From NCBI GenBank assembly GCA_021849125.1, contig JAJZTG010000002.1, positions 12,573-76,572 on the forward strand: DNA of 64,000 nucleotides, written 5' to 3'. Of this stretch, positions 51,610-59,954 are shown piece by piece. Position numbers and translations under genes: made by a program. Position 1 is the first letter of the stretch. Each line of letters starts with the position of its first letter. This DNA is from a bacterium. GTDB taxonomy: Bacteria > Patescibacteriota > Minisyncoccia > Phycocordibacterales > Phycocordibacteraceae. Below the pieces are notes generated by a model, which saw only the letters and a list, made by a program, of their open reading frames with translations, made no database searches and had not been told where the DNA came from.

Positions 51610-53410
51610 GGCGTATCTTCTCCTGCTTTATGGCGAGGAGCTGCGAAGGGTCTGAGGTGATGATCTGATCCTCGGTGTAAGAAGCGACGACTTTGATCGC
51701 GACATGTTTAAGACCTGCGAAGAAGAGTCCCTCCCCTACTCCGGCCTCAAGCAGAAGGTACTTCTCCTCGTCGGTGAGATTGAAGGTCTCTTGGAGGACG
51801 TCGATCGTCGTCGGGGACTGCTTAAGGAGAAGCTGGAGGGATGAGTTGGTGAGGATCGGGCGGCCATACGGGCTCTTCAAGAAGTCCTCGACGTCCTGAG
51901 TGATGGTGCAGACGCCCAGGTAGTACTTACGGCCACGCTTGGCGAGGCTGTAGAGGAATGAGGCAGTGTCGTCGCTCTTCATCATCCACCATGCCTCATC
52001 GATGATAAGGAGGCGTTTCTTGAGATCATGACGCACTGCATTCCAGATGTAGTGCGTGATGATGTACATCGCGACCGGCTTCAGCTCGTCTTCCATGTCG
52101 CGTACGGAGAAGACGGCGAACTGCTGCTTGAGGTCGATGTTGGTCGGCTGGTTCATGAAGCCTGCCCAGGTGCCGCGCGTATATTTGGAAAGCCGTTCGA
52201 TGAGCGATTCGCTTCCCTCCATGCCCGAGAGCACTTGCTCGAAGTCGGAAAGCAGAGGCGGTTCGGCACCGGTGAAATCAGCCTCGCCAGTAATGTCTTT
52301 CAAGGCATAGGTCTCACTGATGGCACGGTCGATGATCGCGTCCTCTTCCGGAGACAGGCCGCCGAGCATGATACGGAAAAGGCCGACAAGCGAGATGATG
52401 TTCGACCGCAGGATGTCTTTCGGATCCTCGTCTTCCTTCACGGGCGGCAGGTCGAAGGGATTGATATGGTCCTGCGACGAAAGCGAAATGCTGAATGAGC
52501 GTCCGCCGGTTGCGGCAGCGAGCTTCTCGTACTCGCGTTCCGGGTCGATCACGATGACGTCCGTGCCGAACATCAAGGAGCGCAGGATCTCGAGCTTCGT
52601 CGCGTAGCTCTTGCCAGAACCGGATTTCGCGAAGACGACCGAGTTGTAGTTCTCGAGCGAGAAGCGATCGAAGAGGATGAGCGAGGAATTGTGGCGGTTG
52701 ATGCCGTAGAGGATGCCGCGATCAGAGGTAAGGTCGAAGGAGACAAACGGGAAGATCGAAGAAAGAGGAGAGGAATTAAGCTTGGAGTTCACCAAGAGCT
52801 CGTCCGTGCCGAGCGGCAGGCACGAACGGAACCCTTGTTCCTGCTGGAAGAGCGCCGGCTTCGTGTAGACGAGCTTCGCGTCGAGAATGCCGCGGATCTC
52901 CCCTTCCGTCTTGTCGATCTCCTCGCGCGTATCGCCGTACAGGGCGAGATAGAGACCTACGTCGAAAAGCTTCTCTTGGGCTTGCTGCAGGTTGTCACGC
53001 AGGCTTTCAAGATCTTGATAGGCGGTATCAAGCATCGGATCACGCACCAGGCCGCGCGATTCACGTTCAGAAATCTGACTTTGCACCTCGGCGACTTTCT
53101 TCTGGAAGCTCCGGAGCGCGGTTTCCGTCTCGATCGGGTGGATGAAGATGGAAACGTCGAGAACCTTATCGAGATCGATGATCGGCGAGAACCAGCTGTC
53201 CGATAGGAAACGCGGATACGAGATGGTATAGAACGTGCGTACGAACTTCTCGCCGAGTTCAAGCTCGCGCGAGCCGATCTTAAGCGCTGTCGGCGCGATC
53301 GTATCGACGAGATCGAGCGTACTCTGCTTGTAGATATCGCGCGGCAAGACCGGCACGATCTCCGGCGCCTCTTCTTTCTGTTTACGATTGAGAAAATCAA
53401 GTAGTGCCAT
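51590..53410 (-). CDS. virB4: VirB4/TrbE/CagE-family T4SS ATPase, C-terminal part (central + ATPase domains)
   Basis: Walker A VFAKSGSGKSYATK and Walker B LLIIDEAWW. Typical VirB4 segments RGLVRDPMLDTAYQDLE and YLGVCTITQD. Confidence 0.8.
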   Translation of the reverse strand: MALLDFLNRKQKEEAPEIVPVLPRDIYKQSTLDLVDTIAPTALKIGSRELELGEKFVRTFYTISYPRFLSDSWFSPIIDLDKVLDVSIFIHPIETETALRSFQKKVAEVQSQISERESRGLVRDPMLDTAYQDLESLRDNLQQAQEKLFDVGLYLALYGDTREEIDKTEGEIRGILDAKLVYTKPALFQQEQGFRSCLPLGTDELLVNSKLNSSPLSSIFPFVSFDLTSDRGILYGINRHNSSLILFDRFSLENYNSVVFAKSGSGKSYATKLEILRSLMFGTDVIVIDPEREYEKLAAATGGRSFSISLSSQDHINPFDLPPVKEDEDPKDILRSNIISLVGLFRIMLGGLSPEEDAIIDRAISETYALKDITGEADFTGAEPPLLSDFEQVLSGMEGSESLIERLSKYTRGTWAGFMNQPTNIDLKQQFAVFSVRDMEDELKPVAMYIITHYIWNAVRHDLKKRLLIIDEAWWMMKSDDTASFLYSLAKRGRKYYLGVCTITQDVEDFLKSPYGRPILTNSSLQLLLKQSPTTIDVLQETFNLTDEEKYLLLEAGVGEGLFFAGLKHVAIKVVASYTEDQIITSDPSQLLAIKQEKIRHAANPA

Positions 53411-53413
53411 AGG

Positions 53414-54043
53414 TTAGGTATCGAGACGGATCGGATTTTCAAGCTCGCCCGGATTGAAGGAACGATACAGAAGCTCGATAACCTCTTCGGTGCCGAGCGG
53501 TACCGCGCGCACGCCGGTTCCCGAGAGCGCCGCGCTTACGAGCGACATGCGTTGTTCGAGCTGCGCGCGGTCCTCTTCGAAGCTGGTCGCGCTTGTCGCT
53601 GCGCTCGCCTCTTTTTTCTGCAAGAAGCCGACCGCGCTCGCCGCCGTGAGTTTCGGCGCATACGGCACGACGATATAGAACGACTTGGTCATGATGTTGG
53701 TCTGATCGGCGAATGAGCGGACGAACTCGATATACTCGCGGAGCTGGATGCGCATGAGCTCGGTCTTCTGTTCAGCCATGCGTTCTCCCATATACGAAAG
53801 ATAGGGACGCAGGTCCATCCGGCGCGAATTGACGATGATCTGGATCGAGAAGTCGAGCGTATTGAGGAAATTCTGAAAACCGAGGATGATCGCGTTCTGT
53901 TCGTCCGCTGACTTCAGGCCGAAGTTGACGGCAGAACAGATAAGGACGCCGCGGTATCCGCCGTCTTTGAGGATGACGATACCGTTCCGGATCTCTTTGA
54001 CCGGGACGAATTGCTGCGTTTTCCCTGCTTGTGCGGTATCCAT
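53414..54043 (-). CDS. VirB4 N-terminal domain encoded as a separate ORF (same frame, separated from the ATPase part by one TAA)
   Basis: NGIVILKDGGYRGVLICSAVNFGLKSADEQNAIILGFQNFLNTLDFSIQIIV resembles the VirB4 N-terminal region. The stop at 53414-53416 is followed by one codon and then the ATG at 53408-53410. Confidence 0.5.
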   Translation of the reverse strand: MDTAQAGKTQQFVPVKEIRNGIVILKDGGYRGVLICSAVNFGLKSADEQNAIILGFQNFLNTLDFSIQIIVNSRRMDLRPYLSYMGERMAEQKTELMRIQLREYIEFVRSFADQTNIMTKSFYIVVPYAPKLTAASAVGFLQKKEASAATSATSFEEDRAQLEQRMSLVSAALSGTGVRAVPLGTEEVIELLYRSFNPGELENPIRLDT

Positions 54044-54048
54044 AGGTG

Positions 54049-54474
54049 TTAGGTCGATCGCGAAACGGGCTCCGAAGGCTTCACGTCAAGCGACCAGGCG
54101 AGCTCGGAAAGTTTTCCGCGCGTGAGCCGTGGCGTGCCGCGTGAGACAGGGGCTACGGGCGCTTCAGCCTTAGCGACAGTCCCCTCCGTAGGCTGTTCCC
54201 CATATTTCCAAAGCAGAAGCTTACGTTTCGTATAGTAATTGAACCCTGCTTCGAGGATCTCGATGAACGGCTTGCCGTTTACTTTATAGAACGCGAGCGC
54301 TGCGCCGAACGCCGCTATCGGTGCAGAAAACAGGAGCGCGAAGAAAAACGGCAGATACGAGAAGAAGATGACACAGAGGCCAGCGGTCCCTGCTATATAG
54401 ATGAACTGCCTTAAGGTAAATGGCCCGATGATCTTATCTTCGACCTCGATGAATTGGGGTACCTGATATTCCAT
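54049..54474 (-). CDS. VirB3/PrgI-like small 2-TM protein
   Basis: 141 aa with two adjacent TM helices, immediately upstream of virB4. Confidence 0.45.
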   Translation of the reverse strand: MEYQVPQFIEVEDKIIGPFTLRQFIYIAGTAGLCVIFFSYLPFFFALLFSAPIAAFGAALAFYKVNGKPFIEILEAGFNYYTKRKLLLWKYGEQPTEGTVAKAEAPVAPVSRGTPRLTRGKLSELAWSLDVKPSEPVSRST

Positions 54475-55839
54475 CTACTGTAGTATACCAGTGAAAGGCT
54501 GCTCTTGGGGCGCTACTGTGCAAGCATCGCACGCGATCACGGCACCTTTCGGAGCCGAACCGCGCGCATACGTGACTGGCGGTACATTTTTTACACGCCA
54601 TGCTTCACGAGCTGCATCCGTGATACGCCACGATTCGATCACTTCCCCGCTCGAAGCGAAGAGCGTGTGATCACCGCGCAAAGCATCGAGGAAAACGCGT
54701 TCATACGCGTCAGGAAGCATCTCGAAATGCTCTGCGTATGAGAATGAAAGCGGGACACGCTCGATGATGTGGTCATATCCCGGCCGCTTCGCGAAAAAAC
54801 ACAGCTCGACACCCTCGTCGGGCTGGAGACGTAAGGTCAGCCTGTTCGCTTTCTGGGTATCTGCGTGACGATAGGTCACGATGATTTCAGTCTTCTTTTC
54901 AGCAAGCGCCTTCCCGGTCGTGAGCGTGATGGGCACATCTTTCCATCGCGGGTCTGAGGAGCGGAGCCGTACTGATGCAAAGGTCTCGACGTTCGAGTCG
55001 GGGTTCCCGACCTCGTCTTTGTACCCTTCATATTGGCCGAGGATGACCCCGTCCGGGTCGACAGCGAGCGTCTTCAGGAGCGCATGCCGTGCTTCGGGGA
55101 TAGCGTGCAGGTCATCTTCCTTCGGAAGCTTCATGAGCGTGAGCGCTGCGAGTTGCAAGAGGTGGCTCTGGATCAGGTCACGTAACGCACCGGTCTGTTC
55201 ATAGAAAGCCGCGCGGTCTTCGATACCGATCGACTCGCTCGCGACGATATCGATACGTTCGATATTCTCGCCGTTCCAGGTGTGTTCGAAAAGCGGATTA
55301 TCGCTTCTGAACACGACGATGTTCTGGACGGTCTCTTTCGCGAGATAGTGGTCGATGCGGTACACCTGTTCGGGTGAGAACGAGCTCTCGACATGAGCGA
55401 CGAGTTCCTCGGCGCTTGCGGAGTCGACCCCGAACGGCTTCTCCAGCAAGAGCTTGGTCGTACGAGCTTTCGACAAGCCGGAGGACCCGAGATGTTCGAT
55501 GATTGGCCAGGCGGTTTTCGGCGGTACGGCGAGATACCAGAGGCGTTGAGCTCCTCCCCCGAGTGCCGCATCAACCTCTTCGAGATGTGCACCGAGCCGC
55601 ATATAGTCGGATGTTTCTTCGAGCGACATAGGGAAAAGTTCAGTGCGCATTTCAAGATACTCGGCATGCTCTGCCTTCTCGAAAAGATCGTGCAGGACGA
55701 CATCGTTCTTGCGGGTGATGCCGATGATTTCGAATTTTTCCGGTAGTACGCCAGCTGCGGCCATTTCGGCTATGGCAGGCAGCAGTTTCCGTCGCGAAAG
55801 ATCGCCAGTGATACCGACAATGATGAGGATGGTCGGCAT
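54475..55839 (-). CDS. zwf: glucose-6-phosphate 1-dehydrogenase
   Basis: GITGDLSRRKLLPA, EKPFG and RIDHYLAKE motifs. Confidence 0.85.
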   Translation of the reverse strand: MPTILIIVGITGDLSRRKLLPAIAEMAAAGVLPEKFEIIGITRKNDVVLHDLFEKAEHAEYLEMRTELFPMSLEETSDYMRLGAHLEEVDAALGGGAQRLWYLAVPPKTAWPIIEHLGSSGLSKARTTKLLLEKPFGVDSASAEELVAHVESSFSPEQVYRIDHYLAKETVQNIVVFRSDNPLFEHTWNGENIERIDIVASESIGIEDRAAFYEQTGALRDLIQSHLLQLAALTLMKLPKEDDLHAIPEARHALLKTLAVDPDGVILGQYEGYKDEVGNPDSNVETFASVRLRSSDPRWKDVPITLTTGKALAEKKTEIIVTYRHADTQKANRLTLRLQPDEGVELCFFAKRPGYDHIIERVPLSFSYAEHFEMLPDAYERVFLDALRGDHTLFASSGEVIESWRITDAAREAWRVKNVPPVTYARGSAPKGAVIACDACTVAPQEQPFTGILQ

Positions 55840-55845
55840 AATGGA

Positions 55846-56478
55846 TCAGGCGGGAGTGCCGGTCAAAAGACTAAAGAGCCAAACGACCAGCTTGAAGAAA
55901 GGTCCCGCAAGAAGAAGCGAAAAGAAGAACAGGAAGAAGATAAGGGCTAGCAGCCCGGTGCTACGGATGCGCTGTTCGAATGCACCCAACCGCGCAGCGA
56001 AAGACCAAGGGAGTGCTGCCCGAAGCGCCGTGTAGCCATCAAGAGGCGGGAACGGTATCAGGTTGAAGAGCCCAAGGAAGAGGTTTACGAACGTGATGGT
56101 CGCGGCGACCGAGAGCGCTTGGGGCGAGAAAAAAGCAGCACCGAAGTGCACGATGAGACCGAATACGACCGCAAGGAAGAGATTGCTGGCTGATCCGGCA
56201 AGCGCGACGAAGGCTTCGCCCCAACGGCGGTTCTTAAGATTGTAGGGGTTATACGGAACCGGCTTTGCCCAGCCGAAGAGGACCGATGAGCCGGAAAAGA
56301 TGAGAAGCGCCGGTATGAGGATAGAACCCATGAGGTCGATATGCGGGAGCGGGTTCAAGGTGAGGCGTCCTGAGAGCCGTGCGGTCGGATCGCCAAGGGC
56401 GTCAGCGGCATAGCCGTGGGACACCTCGTGCACTACGACGGAGAGGATGAGGACAATAAGGGATAGGGTTATGGCCAT
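55846..56478 (-). CDS. site-2 protease (peptidase M50) family membrane metalloprotease
   Basis: HEVSHG (HExxH) and the NLIPFPPLDG motif. Confidence 0.7.
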   Translation of the reverse strand: MAITLSLIVLILSVVVHEVSHGYAADALGDPTARLSGRLTLNPLPHIDLMGSILIPALLIFSGSSVLFGWAKPVPYNPYNLKNRRWGEAFVALAGSASNLFLAVVFGLIVHFGAAFFSPQALSVAATITFVNLFLGLFNLIPFPPLDGYTALRAALPWSFAARLGAFEQRIRSTGLLALIFFLFFFSLLLAGPFFKLVVWLFSLLTGTPA

Positions 56479-56517
56479 AGTTGCTCGTTTTATGTTCTAT
56501 GCTACCATGCGAGAACT

Positions 56518-56760
56518 ATGGCACGAACGTGTGAAATCACTGGCAAGAGCACGCAGGTAGGCGGTCGCTACAGCAACCGCGTCCGCGCGACTCAGTTCAA
56601 CCCGACGGGCAAGGTGCGCCGCAAGGCGAACCTGCAGAAGCGCCGTATCTTCGTACCGGAGCTCGGCAAGACCATCATCGCGCTCGTCTCGATGAAGGGC
56701 CTGAAGACGATCAAGAAGCACGGCGCGTTCGCCGCGCTCAAGAAAGCGGGCTCTATTTAA
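56518..56760 (+). CDS. rpmB: 50S ribosomal protein L28
   Basis: MARTCEITGKSTQVGGRYSNRVRATQFNPTGKVRRKANLQKRRIFVPELGK. Confidence 0.85.
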   Translation: MARTCEITGKSTQVGGRYSNRVRATQFNPTGKVRRKANLQKRRIFVPELGKTIIALVSMKGLKTIKKHGAFAALKKAGSI

Positions 56761-56765
56761 TCCAG

Positions 56766-56810
56766 AAAAAGACAAGGGCCGGCATCTTTAGTGCCGGCCC
56801 TTGTCTTTTT
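56766..56810. terminator. bidirectional terminator with 14-bp stem (gacaagggccggca / tgccggcccttgtc)
   Basis: Perfect hairpin flanked by A5 and T5, directly after rpmB. Confidence 0.65.
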
Positions 56811-56854
56811 CTATCGCTATGGTAATACTGCGTACTAGTCTATAGATAGTTCCA

Positions 56855-57343
56855 TTGTCCGCAAAGGAGGCGGAGGGTATGGAAGAGAAAAGTAAGAAAA
56901 AAGGATGTAACGCTGCGGCTATCGTTCTAGCTTTCTGTCCAGATGGATCATTGATTTTAGTGCTTGATCCGACAAAACAGGATCTGCATGAAGGGCGGCA
57001 ACTGCGTTGGAAGTTTTCAGGAGGGCATGTCGAAGAGTGGGATTATCCTCCTGGCAATCGTACTGATCATGCGCGGGCAGCATATAGCGCTGGTGTCCGC
57101 GAGCTCTTGGAGGAAACGGGAGCCAAGGTGGTGCTTATGAAAGCATTCAGGCGTTTCGTTTCGCAGGATGGCCACGTAAAGACGTTTTTTGTCGCATGTG
57201 TAGACGACTCAAACCTCAAAGCACGTGGTAATGACGGCGAATACGTAAAGAAATTCGATCCATCCCGCGCTTTACGGACGCGTCGTTTCCTCAAGGAACA
57301 TAAAAATATTCTCAGAGAAGCTATCGAGTACATTCGTTCGTAG
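56855..57343 (+). CDS. NUDIX hydrolase
   Basis: NUDIX box GGHVEEWDYPPGNRTDHARAAYSAGVRELLEETG. Its GC content is lower than its neighbours. Confidence 0.7.
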   Translation: MSAKEAEGMEEKSKKKGCNAAAIVLAFCPDGSLILVLDPTKQDLHEGRQLRWKFSGGHVEEWDYPPGNRTDHARAAYSAGVRELLEETGAKVVLMKAFRRFVSQDGHVKTFFVACVDDSNLKARGNDGEYVKKFDPSRALRTRRFLKEHKNILREAIEYIRS

Positions 57344-57378
57344 GCCTGACCAACGTGTCAGGCCTACTCTGTTTTATC
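57341..57378. terminator. bidirectional terminator (taggcctgac...gtcaggccta + T-tract)
   Basis: 10-bp stem. Downstream of the NUDIX gene and the ComEC MBL fragment. Confidence 0.55.
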
Positions 57379-57852
57379 AGGAAGAGTAAAGTGTCCTGGA
57401 TTCGTCGACGATGAAATAGCGAAGGTGCTGATGGTAAGGCGATCCGGACCGGACACTATCATGCTTGCTCCCTTGAGCGTGATCCGTGTGCCATATGGGA
57501 ATGCATCGGTACCAGCGTGGAGCGTCTCTCCTATCTTGTAACGATCATGAACATTCGGCGCGCCCCCCGCCTGTGCCGGCGCATCGCTCGTAAGTATGAG
57601 CGTGTCGATGTGATGTTGCCAAGGCGGAAGCGTCCGACCAAGGCTCCGCAGGATGCTCGCATCAGGGCCGGTGTCGATGAGGATGGTCTTGCCTTCAGAA
57701 GTACGGATTAGGGCCGCAGTCCCCTTCCCTGCCGCAAAGACATCGATACGCAGTCGCGTTGAAGTCATGATCGAACCGTAGAGAACGACATTTGCCGCAA
57801 TCAGAACGACCATCGCAAGCAGATACACGTACGTCGGCAGAGTCCGGAGCAT
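57364..57852 (-). CDS. ComEC C-terminal metallo-beta-lactamase-like domain fragment with degenerate metal-binding motif
   Basis: A TM helix followed by TILIDTGPD...HHIDTLILTSDAPAQAGG. This aligns to the ComEC MBL region ILIDGG...DYLIITHPDSDHIGG, but with HxHxDH replaced by SDAPAQ. It is truncated at ~160 aa. Confidence 0.5.
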   Translation of the reverse strand: MLRTLPTYVYLLAMVVLIAANVVLYGSIMTSTRLRIDVFAAGKGTAALIRTSEGKTILIDTGPDASILRSLGRTLPPWQHHIDTLILTSDAPAQAGGAPNVHDRYKIGETLHAGTDAFPYGTRITLKGASMIVSGPDRLTISTFAISSSTNPGHFTLPDKTE

Positions 57853-57870
57853 ATGCTACATTTTATATCT

Positions 57871-58476
57871 ATGACGTACTCACCAAAGACATTTAATCTC
57901 CCTACCCTTTCGGGTATCTCGGAGAAACAGGTCAGCGTGCATCTCGGCCTCTATGAAGGCTATGTGAAGCACACGAACCTCATCATGGAGAAGATCAAAG
58001 CGCTCAAGGATGCAGACGCCGAAGGGAATGCCTATCTTATCGCCGAGTTGCGCCGCCGTTTCGGTTTCGAGTTCGATGGCATGCGCATGCACGAGCACTA
58101 CTTCGAACAGCTTGAACACGGCGCGAAGGAATTGAACACAGAAAGCAAGCTAGCCATGGCCGCGGCCGAAAAATACGGTGAACAAGGTCTCGTGGCGCAT
58201 GTAAAAGAAGTGGCTAGTAGTCGCGGCATCGGTTGGGGCGTGGTATACGTTGACCCGATGATCGGGTCGCTCCACACCGTGTTCGTAAACGATCACGAGC
58301 TCGGTCAGCTTGCGGGTCTTCCGATCATCCTCGCGCTCGATCTCTGGGAGCATGCATTCATGGTCGACTATGTGCCGGCCACCAAGAAGGATTATGTCGA
58401 TGCGTTCTTTGCCAACCTCAACTGGGAGGTCGTCGAGAAGCGTTTCGAAGACGCGATGAAGATGAGCGCGACATAA
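57871..58476 (+). CDS. sodA: Fe/Mn superoxide dismutase
   Basis: HLGLYEGYVKHTN, DLWEHAF and YVDAFF motifs. Confidence 0.85.
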   Translation: MTYSPKTFNLPTLSGISEKQVSVHLGLYEGYVKHTNLIMEKIKALKDADAEGNAYLIAELRRRFGFEFDGMRMHEHYFEQLEHGAKELNTESKLAMAAAEKYGEQGLVAHVKEVASSRGIGWGVVYVDPMIGSLHTVFVNDHELGQLAGLPIILALDLWEHAFMVDYVPATKKDYVDAFFANLNWEVVEKRFEDAMKMSAT

Positions 58477-59927
58477 AGCAGCACGACGAGCCATATCGGG
58501 AATAGAGGTATGAGGAAAGCCGCGGCCGGAAGCGCCGCGGCTTTTTCTGCCACCTCTATGATGAATGTGTTTAAGAGATACGCTGGGAACGCGAGTATCG
58601 TGACGAAAAGAGGAGCGATAGACGAGAGAATCAGGCCAGCGAATCCCGCGATAGCGGAGAAGGCCATCGTGAGCGGCACGATCGGCGTGACGATAAGGTT
58701 CGCTGGTACCGCGACGAGCGAAAGGTTGCCGGTCTCGTAAAGAAGAAGCGGCAATACGCTTACCTGCGCAGCGAGCGTAGTCGCAAGCACGCCCCTCAGG
58801 AAGATGCTTTTGATGCGTATAAGCCTCGTTTCGATGAGCGGTGCGAGCCATATGAGACCGGCGGTCGCGGCGACCGAAAGGTCGAAACCAGGATCGAATG
58901 CGAGATAGAGCGGATTGAAAAGAAGCATCAGGAAGACGACGATGAGGAGTGCACGCGAGGCAGCATAGGTACGCCCGGTCGCTCGCGCATAGAGCGCGAT
59001 GAAAGCCATGAGCATTGCGCGGATGGCGGTCGCAGAAGCGCCTGCGATCCCGACAAAGATAAGTACCGCAAGCGCTCCCGCAGCCGTGCTCCATCTGCGA
59101 GAAAGCTTCGTCCGCGAGAACATGAGCAGGACCCACTCCGCGATGACCATGACGTTGTAACCGGAGAGGACGATGATCTGGATGAGACCGCTTCGTGCAA
59201 ATGCGTCCTGGAGCTCGTTACCGAGCCCGGCCTTCCCGCCGATCAGGATACCGCCCGCAAGCGAGCTGTATGGTTCGGGGAGAGCCGATTCGAGTCCGCC
59301 GAGAAACGCATGCTTCGCGCGCGCGAGCATCGCGGGAACCGAATACCAGGGTGCTGGTGCGACCGTATGGATGGAGCCAAAGCTCAAGGTGAAACGCACG
59401 CCGACGCGTTCGAGGTAGCGGTCATAGCGGAAGGGTCGACCGTTGTCCCCCATGAAAGGTTTTGGCACTTCGAGCGTGCCGGTCACATGCACGCGGTCGC
59501 CGACAGAAACGCGCGACGAGCGCGGAGCGACGACCAGCAAGATGGTCGATGTCTTTCCTTCCGAGACGCGCACTTCGACGCGCTGCTTAGCATCGCGCAG
59601 GTCTGGGTCAGCGACCACGATCCCGTCATACGCGACACGTTCCGAGAGGTGTGCCGCAAATGACGTAGGAAGCGGCGTGTCAGCAAGCGACATGCGCAGC
59701 ATGCCGAGTGCTGCGAAAAGGAAGAACACTGCGCCAAGCCCCGTTAGAAAGTTCGAAGACGTACGTTCTAACGGGGTGGGCGAATACGCAGACAAGATCC
59801 TCGGGACAAAAAATAGAAGCGCAGCGAGGAGAAGCGCAAAACAGATCGGTGCCCATCCGAAAGAAAAGATTGAACGCAGGAGGACGCCACCCGCAAACCC
59901 GCTAGTTATCGCGAGCAGGATACCCAT
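58392..59927 (-). CDS. comEC: DNA internalization competence protein ComEC/Rec2 (DUF4131 + competence domains)
   Basis: Polytopic membrane protein. OB-like DUF4131 segment RVEVRVSEGKTSTILLV. Competence-domain helices. Its C-terminus overlaps sodA convergently by 85 nt. Confidence 0.7.
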   Translation of the reverse strand: MGILLAITSGFAGGVLLRSIFSFGWAPICFALLLAALLFFVPRILSAYSPTPLERTSSNFLTGLGAVFFLFAALGMLRMSLADTPLPTSFAAHLSERVAYDGIVVADPDLRDAKQRVEVRVSEGKTSTILLVVAPRSSRVSVGDRVHVTGTLEVPKPFMGDNGRPFRYDRYLERVGVRFTLSFGSIHTVAPAPWYSVPAMLARAKHAFLGGLESALPEPYSSLAGGILIGGKAGLGNELQDAFARSGLIQIIVLSGYNVMVIAEWVLLMFSRTKLSRRWSTAAGALAVLIFVGIAGASATAIRAMLMAFIALYARATGRTYAASRALLIVVFLMLLFNPLYLAFDPGFDLSVAATAGLIWLAPLIETRLIRIKSIFLRGVLATTLAAQVSVLPLLLYETGNLSLVAVPANLIVTPIVPLTMAFSAIAGFAGLILSSIAPLFVTILAFPAYLLNTFIIEVAEKAAALPAAAFLIPLFPIWLVVLLYVALIFIASSKRFSTTSQLRLAKNAST

Positions 59928-59954
59928 GCTCGTATCGTAACAAGGCGAAAGCGG

